64,000 nt of DNA. It comes from Malacoraja senta (Eukaryota). Positions 13,918 to 27,180 of the stretch are shown piece by piece. The stretch spans positions 22,446,001-22,510,000 of the forward strand of contig CM075987.1 of the NCBI GenBank assembly GCA_038087875.1, in the 5' to 3' direction. Numbering within the stretch: position 1 is the stretch's first letter; each line of letters starts with the position of its first letter. Both the position numbers and the translations under genes were made by a program. A model generated the notes under the pieces. It was not told where the DNA came from and made no database searches. It saw only the letters and a list, made by a program, of their open reading frames with translations.

Positions 13918-16900
13918 TATTCAAGGCACAACCTCTCTTCTGCTTCAGAAGATGAGCCAATGGCTTGGAGAAAGCAAACACAAGTGTGCTCTGCATAACG
14001 CAGCACAATTCCCAAGGTTTGGGTGACCTTGGTTGGGGAATGCAGTTGCCACAGTTGAAGAGTTTTTCACTAACTCTGGAGATTAACTCCAGTCCCCCAG
14101 GAAGTTCATTGCAGACGAAGTGCAGCATCGCAGAGATAATGATTGCAGAAAATGTCAGGACAGTGATGAAGCTTGTTCGAGGATGGTTCTTACTTAGATT
14201 GGCTCTGTTGACTGGGAAAATACCTTGCATGCCATCATGAAACAAACACAAGATCAGGATTAATTTTTATGGGGAATCAAATTTGAGGAGAGCATACCAC
14301 AGAATCTTCTTGATGCACAATAGGACATGAAGTGCTGGGGTGACTCAGCAGGTCAGGCACCATCTCTGGAGAACATAGATAGGTGACGTTTTGGGTTGAT
14401 ACCCTTCTTCAGCCTGTAGCTCTCGACTCGAAAAGTAGCCTATCCATGTTCTCCAGAGATGCTGCCCAACCTGCTGAGTTGCTCCAGCACATTAGGTCAT
14501 TTTGTGCATTAATCGGCATCTGCAGTTCTTTGTTTCTGCATCTTCATGATGAAGGAAATTCCACAATAGGATTATTCCTAATGAAATGTTCATGAATATT
14601 AGACTTAGAATGCTGTTGTGCCTCAGCTCAGTAATTTGCAAGAGTAAATAGATGACTAAGACAGGGAATCATTCAACACAAGCTGCAAAGAGAATTCAAT
14701 CTGAACCACAGAGGTTGCGTCCTGAGATCTTGGACAAGGTGCACACGAGACATTAGGAAATAGCCGCCCGCGCATGCAGATTGAGAAATTATCGTGCAAA
14801 AGCTGGAGAGAAATTTGGTGAAGTCCACATTGACCACTTAATCCTTGTGAATGATATCTGGGAAAATAGCATAGGACTGTAGGATCGAAGATGTTTCTGA
14901 AACGTCCAACTATTGATCAAGAGAAGTACACATGTGATGTTTCTAGCAAGAGTCAAGGTGAATCGACATCACTAAGTCTGGAATGGGAGTGCCTGCACCA
15001 ACATCTAATGAATCTATGTCTTCAACACGTAACAGCAGCACCACTGTGAACATCAGAGTGTGGAACTGCTGACTTGGCTACGTTTGTAAAATTTGTAAAT
15101 ATGCCAAATCAATGTTTTGTTTTGTTTTAAAGAGCGTAGTCTATGTAATATTGATTGTGCTCAGTGATTACTATCTTAAAGGCTTTCACCCTTTAAGGAT
15201 TGTGTCATGTGACTAACTGCTCTCTGGGCTGCAAACAATGCTCACAAAAAAGTTCTAGAGACAGTCAGTCTACGATGAGCACTCAAATAAACCACATGCA
15301 CTCTGCTTAAGCCCCCTCAGCACCCCCATATCCCTGTGGATTCTGCAAAGGAGGTTGAGAACCCACTGAGCGCATTGTCTTCAGGGACCAAGCATCAGTG
15401 AGGAATCAGGCAACAGAGTTGAGTGAAATCAAGTTCACAGGAGGTTGAAATTACCACAGTAAATTGGGTTTAGAAATAACTTAAACATGGTTCAGCTCTA
15501 TTTCCTCTCAAGCTGGAAAATTTGTGATATCCATTGATGGTGATCATTACGTATACTTTTAGCAACAGACAGGAGAGAAAGACAGCGTAGCAACTTGGTT
15601 TTAATGTACAAAAATGTCCCAAAGTCGTTCACGGTGACAGCATTAGACTCTTCAACCCCTTTTGTCCATTCGGCCATTCAGTTAGATACTAGCTGGTCAG
15701 TCAACATCTTGATTTCATAACACCAAGCTAATACAATGTTGTCAATCACAACAACTTTAGTGCTTTAAATTGTCCCATGTTTACATAAATATTAATGATA
15801 GGCACAAAGAAAGGCTTAGTAAAAGAGGTGGTTTTATGAAACATTGTTAAAAAAGAAAGAGACGGAGGCAGTGGGGAGGGGGGTGGAATTAGAGAGAGGT
15901 TTAGTGCTCAGGGATCGTAGAGTTGGAAGCTATGTCAGAATGATAAATAAAGGTACAAAACTGCATTTTGAAGAGAGTTCTGGGTTGGCATCATCCTTTA
16001 GATGAAGGATTGTTTTCTGACTGCACCCACTCCTCATGTGCTCCTTTTCCATTCCAACCAGTCCACCTCAGTTCTCTCTTCCTTTGTTCACCTTTTCAAA
16101 ATCCCACAACCCACTTTAGATTCATTAACCGCTTCCACTGGTTGAACCTGCCCCTCAGCCACACACCTATCCATCTTGGCTTCTTCTCCTCAAGTCTACT
16201 TTCCCATCGCCTCCCCCATCAGCCCATATTCCTCCCTTATCTGGTTCTGCTCGTTACCTTTCAGCCTCAATCTCCACGTTCTCCCCCACCACATTCCACA
16301 AACCTGGCTCCACCTGGCCATTTATTTTTATTGGGGAAGGGTCCCGACCCGAAACATCACCCGTCCATTCCCGCCCCAGATGCTGCCTGGCCTGCTGAGT
16401 TACTCCAGCAGTTGTATTTCACTCACGATTCCAGCATATGCAGTTTCTTGTGTCTCCAATTTTTTTAAATTTATATAAACACTTCGATTATAATATAACA
16501 TAAGCTTCCATGTTTCATTTAAACTGTTGTATTAACTTAAGCATTGTAGTGCCAAAGAATAAGGACAAAAAAAAATGAACTTGGGAGTCAAAGACAGATT
16601 ATTGCACAGTTGATCATGGGCTTGCACAAAGAAGGATCTCAAAGGAGGAGATGGAGTTAGCGAGGAAGAGATTTAGGTCTATATCGAGGCAGCTGAAGAT
16701 GATGGTGTGGCGCTTGGGGGGGTTGGAAAAAACTGCGCTTGCCATTAGGACTACATTCCCGTCCATCAGCGCAGCCTGGAGACCTAGTGTGTCGGAAGTG
16801 CAGCTGGTTATTATCTCTCTGCACTTACTGGAGTCAACTGCACTGATGATATTCTGCTCTTTAGCAACAAAAGAGGAAAAGGCCACCTACCCTCATTACA

Positions 16901-17629
16901 GGCAGACTCTGGAAGGAGGCTGACAGATCCAAGCAGACAGAGACAAACTCAGCAGCACTACCTCGATTCCTCACAGTACTGTCTACTTTGTACCATGCTG
17001 CCAAACTAAAGAGAAACACTTTTGTGGTTTGCAAATAACGTCAGTTTGACCTAAAGTGACATTCTGTTGGGTTGTGCATCCTGTGTGACACAGTTGGTGG
17101 TGCCTTGGATTTCTAAGCATAAGGACATCTGAGTTTTTTTGGTTATAAAGATATGCATCAGAATTTAAAAAAACTTTTTATTTTCAATAATTTACTTCTC
17201 ACTCTCTCTCCAAAGACAATGGTAGGTACCTGAAACTTGTTGCTGGGGGTGAGGTGGAAACAGTTTATAATGGTGACATTTAAGAGGCATTTAGATAGAC
17301 CTATGTACATGCAGGGAATGGTGGGATATGGATCATGTGCGGACAGACGGGATTAGTTTAATTCGTCATCATGGTTGGCACAGACATGGTGGGTGGGAGA
17401 TCTTTTCCTGTGCTGTGTTCTCTGGGATTAGTGCAGGAAAGCGGAGCTTATGTAAAATATAAGCCATGATTTTACTGAATGGTGGAGTAGGTGTGACAGG
17501 AACAAGTGGACTACTACAGCTTTTATTTCTGATACACACAATTCAGACAGACACGACAATGAACGATCTCAGCGATGCTAGACTTTGGAGCGGATGTTAA
17601 ACCAAGGCAGGTGTCAAGGATGCAATGAT

Positions 17630-17940
17630 TGATTGAAAGATGCAGCATGAAAACAGGTCCTTCAGCCCATGCCATCATCGATCACAGTTCTCACTGGTTG
17701 TGTGTTACCCCACTGTTGCACCCATTCCCTATACACACTTGGGGAAATTATACAGAGACCAATTAACCCACAAGCCTGCACGTCTTTGGGATGTGGTTGG
17801 AAACCAGAGTACCTGGAGGAAACTCACGAGGTCGGTGAGAACATGCAAACTCCACACAGACAGTACCCAAGATCAGGATTGAACCTGTATCTCTTGCGCT
17901 GGGAGACAGCAGCTCTACCAGCTGTGCCACTGTGCTGCCC
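17630..17940 (-). mobile_element. tRNA-derived V-SINE (HE1-like)
   Basis: A box TGGCACAGCTGG, B box GGTTCAATCC, V-domain GTGGAGTTTGCATGTTCTC, CR1-like 3' tail. Confidence 0.85.
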
Positions 17941-18183
17941 CAACAATGCGACCAGTTCAAAGAAGCGCAAGAAAATCTTCCCCAGTGCTCTCATCATAGT
18001 TACCATTCATCAGAAACTCAACCATCTTGTGTGAAAATTGGTTACAGTATTTTTTCATATTGCGACAGTGACAAAATACTTTTGTGCATCCCGAGATTGT
18101 CAAAAGAGGTTTGTAATCAAGGTATTTCCTTTCTCCACACCTCCCAGTTCCAGGCATAGCTAATTTCAATCAGATGTAGTCAT

Positions 18184-18256
18184 GAACCAGTTAGATGGTT
18201 GATGATGAAATTTAGTTTCAATTAAAGTCAATTTATACTTTAACCCTGTTTCTTTC
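18184..18256 (+). repeat. 73-bp inverted repeat, left copy
   Basis: Reverse complement of 21841-21913 with 3 mismatches. Confidence 0.9.
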
Positions 18257-19335
18257 ACTGACTATGTACAATAGTTAGGTAATTTAAATATTAACAATAC
18301 AAGTCATTTCCAATGACCTATTAATTAAATGCTGTGCATGTGCAGTCTAGATCCATAGATCCAGCTTTGTTTCATGGTCATTAGGTATAAATGTACATTT
18401 AGAGAATGAGAAAAGAAGATTTTGCATGGTTTCGTCCTGTACATTGTCTACCTTTGAAATTAATGAAGTTATTTTAAAGGAATCATTGTCATAATTACCT
18501 CAACCATTCAAACCCCTAAATCATCTATAACATCGCAGAATGATTGTGAAGAACGGAGCTACCTAAACCATCCAAGCTTATAGGGCAACCAAAATATCTG
18601 AAGATCCCGATTAACTAAAGCACACAAGGTTGTCAAACACCCTAGAGACCAAATTAGGGGAAAAAACACATTTTCCAAGGTTGCAAAGGCAGATATCACG
18701 CAAGAAACAAATAAATATTACACACCCTGAACGGTTAAATTGTCCAGTTTGTGGAAAGAAGCGAACAATTCCAAACTGACCAATCCATTCCAAATACTAA
18801 CAACTAGCATCTTTGGTAGTGGATGCAGTCTGCGCTATTTATAAAATGCCCTTCAATTACTTGTCTAGGCTACTTCAAAAATGCATCTCTAACCTGCAAA
18901 CGCTATCACCGTGGAGGATAATGGCAGCCGCCACATATGAGCACATCAGCTGTAGGTTCCCTTCCTGATTTGCAAATATATTGTCTGTTCTTCAGCAATA
19001 TTAGGACTACCATTAGAAGGGGCTCAAGAAGGTGGCTTACCACCATTTCTCACATCTTTAAAATGAGGGATGGGCAATAATTGCTGGGTTTGTCAGAGAT
19101 GTACAGAAAATGAATATGCAAAAAAATATATTAAACATCAGAAGGGTCTCAACCCTGAAACGTTACCCATTCTTTCTATCCCGAGATGCTGCCCGTCCTG
19201 CTGAGTTACTCCAGTATTTTGTGTCCAAATGCACTTTCCAGGATGGTGACCAATACCATTTGATGCAAAGTCAGCAAGAAGATGTTAGGGCAGAGAGGAG
19301 AGAAGGAGAAGGGGGGGGAGGGATAAAGGAGGTGC

Positions 19336-19489
19336 TTAAGAAAGAACTACAGATGCTAGAAAAATCGAAGGTAGACAAAAATGCTGGAGAAACTCAGCGG
19401 GAGAGGCAGCATCTGTGGAGCAAAGGAATAGGTGACGTTTCGGGTCGAGATCCTTCTTCTGACTGATCTGGGGTTTTGGGGTTTGCAAT
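19336..19489 (-). mobile_element. Penelope-derived short element with 10-bp TSD
   Basis: TSD aaggaggtgc at 19326-19335 and 19490-19499; terminal repeat on the minus strand. Confidence 0.75.
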
Positions 19490-20864
19490 AAGGAGGTGCA
19501 ATGTCTTTCGGGTTCCAGGCAGTTAAAGGCAACAACTGAATAACTGAATTCCAGGATGCAAAGTGAACAGAATTGGAGCAGCACAGCTATCTTGGAGAAC
19601 CAAAAGATGTAGAGTCACAAAAGGTTGAAAACAAAGATGAGAATTGAAGCATAAAGGTAAACAGTAATAGGCGTGTTAGGATATGGGAAGCCTTAAAATA
19701 CTCAATCTACAAACCGTCTAAACCATTTAGATCACACCAACCCATTTAAACCACAACACATCAAAGCCGCAAAAGATTTTTTTAAAGTGAGAACACTGCA
19801 AGTCAAAGCACTCAAAGCAATGGTAAAAGGTTGTCTCAATCCAAAAGACTCAAATTAGTGTAGATGAAAACATTCTTAACCATTACATCTGGTATAACAC
19901 AAACCATCAGAACTCACCAAATTAACAGAATCACCAAAGCATCTGACATCTGAAAACTATAATGTTTTATTCTTAATTGTTTACTGTATGTCATGTTGTT
20001 ACTTGCGAGCGGAGCACCAAGGCAAATTCCTTGTATGTGTACATACTTGGCCAATAAACTCATTCATTACTTAAACTATTAGGGAAAATAAACAAGAAAA
20101 CCAATGAAAATGTACTAAATCATTAGAAGCTCACTAAAATAATTTGAATATTGGCAACATATTTGAGGATGTTGCCAGGATTTGAGGGGCTGAGTTATAG
20201 GGAGAGGAGACTCTGCAGATAATTTCTAGAGATCCTCGAACCTGCAAGAGATGTGCAGACCCATGGGCTGACTATGAGCTGTCCCATGCTCTCTAGTGCA
20301 GTAAATAAAGGAAGGCAGTCTCCAGCACTAAGGACAGTACTGCAAATTCTTGCTAGACACAAAATGCTGGAGTAATTCAGCAGGACTGGCAGCATCTCGG
20401 GGGAGAAGGAATGGGTGACGTTTGCGGGTCAAGATCCTTCTTCTTCTGAAGGGTCTCGACCCAAAACGTCGCACATCCCCCCCCCCCCCCCCCTCCTCCC
20501 TCCTCCCTCCTCCCAAGAGATACCGCCTGTCCCGCTGAGGTACTCCAGCATTTTTGTGTTTTATCTTCGATGTAAACCAGTTCCTTCCAACGCATTTCGG
20601 CTGCAAATCCTCGCTAACTTGATGCGCGCGGCCTCAAAATCTGCTGCCACCCTCAAGGGTGTAGGAAGGAACTGCAGGTGCCAGTTTTACACCGAGGGGT
20701 AGCCACCAAAAACGCTGGAGTAAAGTTGTTTGTGCCTATCTGCAGCCCCCAGGGGGGGCGGTTAGATGTTACTCTGCAACATAATAATGGGAGAGTGTGC
20801 ATTGAAATATCTGCGCACATTCTGGGTTGTAGGAGCGATTCTTCTACCTTTTTTTTTTAGTAAT

Positions 20865-21290
20865 ATGTGAGCGCAGCCGGCCGGGCCGGGCCGCGCCAGG
20901 CCCTGGGCCTCCATCTCTCATGACTAATCATGCTCTTTGTTGTGTTGGATGGGTGCCCGCTCCGCGCACGTGACGCGCGTTGCCCGGGCAACGGAGCTCT
21001 GACTAATCATTCGCGCGCTGACCTTTATTCCCCGGGGGAGGAGGGAGGGAGGAGGAGAGGAGAAGCTGCTGACGCTGAAGCTGCTGCCTGCCTGCCGGCT
21101 GCAAGAGCAGCCCCTCGCCCCGCTTTAACTCCTTCCACCCGCTTTGCAAAAAAAAAAAAAAACACCCCAAAAAACGGATGGATTTTTGCAGCTAACCCGG
21201 GCATCGAGCGGCTGCAAGCTTCCACCGTGAACCGGAGAAGGAGAAGGAGAAGGAGAAGGAGAAGGAGAAGACGGACCCGCTCCACTGTCA
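20865..21290. promoter_or_regulatory. CpG-rich promoter-like island with E-box, RFX X-box and repeated TGACTAATCA
   Basis: CACGTGAC at 20967-20974; perfect palindrome CGTTGCCCGGGCAACG at 20978-20993; TGACTAATCA at 20921 and 21000; dense CpG. Confidence 0.6.
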
Positions 21291-21305
21291 GATGCTTGTG
21301 CAATT

Positions 21306-21517
21306 AGATAAGACACACAGGCCAGGGGGCAGGCAGCATCTCTGGAGAGAAGGGATGGGTGCTTCTTCAGAAGAAGGGTCTCGGCCCATTCCTTCTCTCC
21401 GGAGATGCTGCCTGTCCCGCTGAGTTACTCCAGCATTTTTTTTGTGTGTGTGCAAATCAGGGCAAATCGGCATCTGCAGTGTAGTGTAAATCAGCATCTG
21501 CAGTTCCTTCATACACA
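21306..21517. mobile_element. Palindromic Penelope-derived short element with 11-bp TSD
   Basis: TSD cttgtgcaatt at 21295-21305 and 21518-21528. Confidence 0.8.
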
Positions 21518-21840
21518 CTTGTGCAATTGTTTCTCATCTGGTGTGTAAAAAAAAACACGTGTAGGAAGGATCTGCAGATGCTGGTTTACACCGAGGATAG
21601 ACACAAATTGCTGGAGTAGTTGAGTGACTCCGGCATGTTGAGCCTATCTCTGGGGAATAAACGCGTTTGAATGTGTTGCTGTAATGTGCTGGGGTTTGTA
21701 GATTTGGCACAAGTTGGAAGCGCGAAAGCCTAGTGCTTTGGATGTTGAGAGTCCCAAATAAAAACGCAACGCTGGAAACGACTGTCAAATATGTTTTATT
21801 TTAACATGTCCCAGATAGAACAATGAAATTCTTAATTGTA

Positions 21841-21913
21841 GAAAGGAACAGGGTTAAAGTATAAATTGACTTTAATTGAAACTAAATTTCACCATCAACC
21901 ACCTAACTGGTTC
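21841..21913 (-). repeat. 73-bp inverted repeat, right copy
   Basis: Reverse complement of 18184-18256. Confidence 0.9.
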
Positions 21914-22065
21914 CCTGGTCACAGATGCTGCCTGGTCTGAGAGTTTCTAGCATTTTTGTTTTATTACAATAGTGATTTGCTGCTGAGCTGAATCCTATAA
22001 ACATTTAAGTCACCATTGGCTGAGAATTTAGATTTTTTTGGAAAAAAAATACACATTACTGAGAT

Positions 22066-22191
22066 CTGAAGAAGGGTCTCGACCCGAAACTTCGCCAATT
22101 TCCTTCGCTCCATAGATGCTGCCTCACCCGCTGAGTTTCTCCAGCATTTTTGTCTACCTTCGATTTTCCAGCATCTGCAGTTCCTTCTTAA
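22066..22191 (+). mobile_element. Penelope-derived short element with 14-bp TSD
   Basis: Begins at CTGAAGAAG. TSD acattactgagatc at 22053-22066 and 22192-22205. Confidence 0.85.
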
Positions 22192-22284
22192 ACATTACTG
22201 AGATCCGGTCTCATACAGCATAGAAAGAGGCTTTACAGCCCAACTTGACTGACATGCCACATCTAAACAAATCCTATTTACTTT

Positions 22285-22377
22285 CTGAAGAAGGGTCTCG
22301 ACCCGAAACATCACCCATTCCTTCTCTCCATAGATGCTGCCTCACCCGCTGAGTTTCTCCAGTATTTTGTGTCTACC
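22285..22377 (+). mobile_element. Penelope-derived short element with 13-bp TSD
   Basis: Begins at CTGAAGAAG. TSD tcctatttacttt at 22272-22284 and 22378-22390. Confidence 0.85.
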
Positions 22378-25300
22378 TCCTATTTACTTTGTTTGGCCCT
22401 TATCCCTCTAAATCTTTCCAATCCATGTAGGTTAGTTTAGTTTAGAAATACAGCACGGAAACAGGCTCTTTGGCCCACCGAGCCCATGCCAACCAGCGAT
22501 TCCTGAACACTAGCACTATCCTACACACTAAGGATAATTTACAAATGTTACCAAAGCCAATTAACCTACAAACCTGTATGTCTTTGGAGTGTGGGAGGAA
22601 ACCGGAGCACCCGGAGAAAACCCACGCAGTCACGGGGAGAATGCACAAACTCACTTGTCCAAATGTCTTTTAAATGTTGTTATTGTATCCGTATCAATTA
22701 CTTCCTCTGGCAGCTCGCTCCATACATCCACCACTGGAAAAAAAATGGCCCTGCGGTTTCTATTAAATCTTTCCTCTCTCACCGTATGCCTATGTCCTCT
22801 AGTTCTTAATTTCCCCATTCTATGACAAAAATACTATGCATTCACCCTGTCTATTCCCCTCATTATTTTAAGCACCTCTCTAAAATCACCCTTACGTCTC
22901 CAGCGCACCAAGGGATAAAGTCCTAGCCTATACAATCTCTTTCTATAGCTTAGGTGTTTGAGCCATGGCAACATATTTGGAAATCTCTGCACCCTTTCCA
23001 GCTTAATGGCATCTTTCCTATATCAGGGTGTCCAAAACGACATAATACCGCAAGTGAAGCCTCACCAACTGGGTTATTTTAAAGAACAGATACAAAGGGT
23101 GGCGGGTGAATGGAACAAGCTGCCAGAGGAGGTCGTTAAGGCAGGGACTATCCCAACATTTAAGAAACAGTTAGACAGGTACATGGATAGGACAGGTTTG
23201 GAGGGATATGGACCAAGCGCAGGCAGGTGGGACTAGTGTAGCTGGGACATGTTGGCTGGTGTGGGCAAGTTGGTCCGAAGTGCCTGTTTCCACACTGTAT
23301 CACTCTGTGACCCGATGACTCTATCAGATGATATCTTTGATGTATAGTGAGTTTTTCTTTTGAATTGATCCCGACTGCTTTGAAAGCCCAGGATGGATGC
23401 CAAAACCTAAAGACCAGAGCCAGAACGTTGAGGAAAGGTTAGGCAACATTTTTTCACACGGATGGTATAAATTTGCAACTCTCTTCCATAAATTGCAGTT
23501 GATGCTATGTTAATTTATATGTACTCAAAATTTGAGAGTGTTAGATTTTTGGTAGCCAAAGTCTTTAAGATTATGGAGTGAGATCACAGATTAGCCTCGA
23601 ACTCATGGAATGTTGGAAGGGGTTCTAAGAGCTAAATGGCTTCCTGTTCTATTTTCACTTACACTCTCATGCACACAGCTTTAAGATATCTTACATTTCT
23701 CTGGAATCATAAATGTGGGAAAACATCCTAAGGTGTTTCAGTGGCGGGCAAGAGGGGGTTACAAAGTCAAAATGGGAGTGTTGCTCAATCGATGGCAATG
23801 TGGGTCCGTGAACTCAGAGGAAATAGGTGCATAGGTAAACATCAGGATGTTGGATGAAGTCAAATTTGCGAAAGATGGAGGATTGGTGCCAATCAAGAAT
23901 GCTTTGGAATTGTCATCAAGAGGCACAAAGGACATGGAAGAGTTTCAGCAACAAAGAGTTGGGACTACACCAGAACTGATTAATAGAGGTGTAAGTATGT
24001 GGTTTCATTGGTGCACAACTATGTGCTCATAGCTCAACCTAGGGTTAGATACTATAGTAAATAAGTCAGGTTCGGTCTCAAGACAATTAATGAGAGAAGG
24101 ATAGAGATTGTGATTGCAAAACTGAGGGACTGAAATTCAGGATTTAGGCCATCATACCCAACTCAACCACTACTTGATATCAGACTGGCATTTTGAACAT
24201 TTAGATACAGTTGAAAGTTGAATGAAGGGCAGTAATGAATGTTGTGATTCATACTAATATCCATATCCATATTAATACTTGGTCACCAATTCTCTAAGAT
24301 TGCAAACATTTTACAGTGGATGAAGGTTATTTATTGCTTTGAGTCTGCACCACTTAGAAAAGCACTACCCAACCTCTTACTCCTTTGGGAAGGAATTAAT
24401 AACATTCTGGTTCCCTGCAGCAGGACTGTGAGTGGAGAGGGAATATAGCTAGTAAAATGAGAATAAGAGGAGGGATGAAAGAGGGGGCAGTCAGTGATAG
24501 GTGGACAGAGGAGGACTGAGGGAGGATTGGTAGGGCAGAGCAAGGCGGGGAGGAGACAGCTGGGGTTTGGATACAAAGGAGGATGGGTGATAGGTGGAAA
24601 CAGAAAGGAACCTGGTTCCCTACAATTTTGCTGTTGCTTCTTTAACATCGTGGTACATATTTCACCTGGGCTTCGGCATTCACCCACTTCGAAGATGACT
24701 AATTAATTAAAGTTCCTTACCAAGCCATTTAATATTTCACACCCGTCCTCTGTAGTTACAACAGCATCAAACCTCTGATGTGAAATTGACCACAAAGTAC
24801 TCTTCAAGATGTTTAGGCACATCCTCTGCTCAGATAACTTAGTTATCTTCTAACACAAAGGGCTAGAATGTTTAAATCATTTTGGGGGGTTTATTTTACT
24901 TAAAAATATTTTTCAATTCTCTTTACACTTTCTCAATTTCCCTATTAATTTCACCCCTTCATTTCCTTTACTCTTTGAAAATTTCTGCAGTAATCCCCGG
25001 AGTCTGCAGGGATTAAGGATTAATCTCGGCTATGAGCCAATGATAAAGATGTGAAGCGTGAAACAAATATCCTCAACATATTGGTAATCATGGATAGACG
25101 ACTTGTGTGAGTCATAAGGTCATAAGTGATAGGAGAAGAATTAGGCCATTCGGCCCATCAGGTCTACTCCGCCATTCAATCATGGCTGATTTATCTCTCC
25201 CTCCTAACCCCATTCTCCTCCCTATAAACCCTGAAACCCCTGGGAGGTTGGAAGTGAGAGATTCTGAGATTCAACTTCTAAGTATTCTCTTAATTCGTAT

Positions 25301-25419
25301 TGGCGACACCAATTCAAACAAGGAGACTAATTTTTATATATTTGTCCACAGTGAACATTGAAATTGCTCAACAACCTCTATTACTGAGAAACCGTTGTCA
25401 ATGGCCAAATCCTAAACTA

Positions 25420-25870
25420 GAAGAAGGAGGCTTTGGGGAGGATGTAGAAAGGGTTCACTGGGATGTTGCTTGGATTAGAGTCTATTAACTATAAGGAGAG
25501 TTGGACAAATTTGGATTATTGTCTCTGGAGCACCAGAGACTAAGGGGCAACCTGATGGCAGTAAATAGACATAGATAGGGTAGAGAGTCAGAGTCATTTT
25601 CACAGGGTAGGTGCGGCAAGAAGGTGAGAAGGGGATTGTTTAAAGAAGATTTATGAGGCAAGTATTTTTGTACAGAGTGGTAAGTGGCTGGAATGTGCTG
25701 CCGGGGGGAGTGGTAGAAGCAGAAACGATAGCAATGTTTAAGCGGTAATTAGACAAACACATGAACAGGCAGGGAATGCAAGTAAAGAGATCATGTGCAG
25801 TTTAAATTGGCATCATGATCAGCACAGACATGGTAGGCCATAGGGCCTATTCCTGTGCAGTTCTGTTCCA
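25420..25870 (+). mobile_element. Older degenerate CR1 3' fragment
   Basis: Degenerate match to the ORF2 end and gggcctattcctgtgc tail. Similar copies at 50500-50910, 62680-62996 (+) and 10500-10830, 27526-27860, 28692-28890, 35007-35285 (-). Confidence 0.7.
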
Positions 25871-26152
25871 CGTTTGACGTTAACAAGTGTATTTCACTCT
25901 GTGGGTTATGCATGCCATGGCAATCACAGAATTTACAGCCGAAGGTTGAAAGGAAAGCCTAAAACTTTGTAAGGTGTATCACCTCCAAGTAATTGAAAGG
26001 ATTTAAGCTTGTAGATCTCTTCCCTTCTCATCCCTTGACACCCTCCATGAAGTGCAGTGCCCAGCAAAAGCACTCCAATTGGGGCCTAAACTGTGAATCA
26101 TGAAGATATCGCTGAACTTCCTTGGCAAAGGAAAAACGAGCAGGATAAATAT

Positions 26153-27180
26153 CTGACACAAAGTGTTGGAGTAACTCGGCAGATTAGGCAGCATCTCTGG
26201 AGAACATGGATAGGTGACATTTCAGGTAGGGGCCTTTCTTTAGACTGAAGATATAGGTGAGGGGGTTTGATTGGGTGATCGGTTGACAAAGGCTGGAGAT
26301 GAAAAGAAAACAAAAGGATGTGAGGTAAGGAGAGAGAAGGGTGGAATGTGAAAAAGAGGAGAAGTGTGAAAAGAAGCATCTTCTGTCTTGGGCCTCCTCC
26401 ATTGCCTGAAAGACGCCACATAGACTGGAGGAACAGCCCTTCATATTCCGTTTGGGTAGCCTACAACCTAACGGTATGGACATTGAATTCTCCAATTTTA
26501 GGTAACTAACCAACAAATCCCTTCCCCCCCCCACCCCCATCTCTCTTCTATGCCCCCCCCCCCTTGAAGCATACCCATTTCTCCCACTATCGTGGCACCC
26601 TTTACCTTTCCCCTTCCCAGGGTCCCCTTGCACCTATATCCTTTCCTCTGGTTTCACTTTCCACCCCTCCTCTCCCTATCTTGCATCCTTTTGTCTTCTT
26701 TTTATCTCTAACTTTTATAAGATTATTAAGGGTTTGGACATGCTAGAGGCGGGAAATATGTTCCCGATGTTGGGGGAGTCCAGAACCAAGGGCCACAGTT
26801 TAAGAATAAGGGTAAGCCATTTAGAACGGAGATGAGGAAACACTTTTTCACACAGAGAGTTGTGAGTCTGTGGAATTCTCTGCCTCAGAGGGCGGTGGAG
26901 GCAGGTTCTCTGGATACTTTCAAGAGAGAGCTAGATAGGGCTCTTAAAGATAGCAGAGTCAGGGGATATGGGGAGAAGGCAGGAACGGGGTACTGATTGT
27001 GGAAGATCAACCATGATCACATTGAATGGCAGTGCTGGCTCGAAGGGCCGAATGGTCTACTCCTGCACCTATTGTCTAACTTTTGTCTGCCTATCTGCCA
27101 TTCAAATCCCCCTCACCTATTATTTGCCTGGCTTTGTCCTGTCCTCATTTCTCTTCCAGCTTTCTCTCCCCTACTACAAT
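26153..27180 (+). mobile_element. Penelope-like remnant: inverted pseudo-LTR, endonuclease end and 3' UTR (interrupted by CR1)
   Basis: 26153-26375 is the terminal repeat on the minus strand. 26380-26506 encodes SVLGLLHC..RLEEQPFIFRLGSLQPNGMDIEFSNFR*. A CR1 insert lies at 26715-27078. Confidence 0.75.
26715..27078 (+). mobile_element. CR1-clade LINE 3' fragment
   Basis: Same sequence family as 41540-41898. Confidence 0.9.

Noticed and set aside
20930..21307. 125-aa ORF with poly-Lys and poly-Arg
   Set aside because: Runs come from a poly-A tract and (GGAGAA)n; no recognisable domain.
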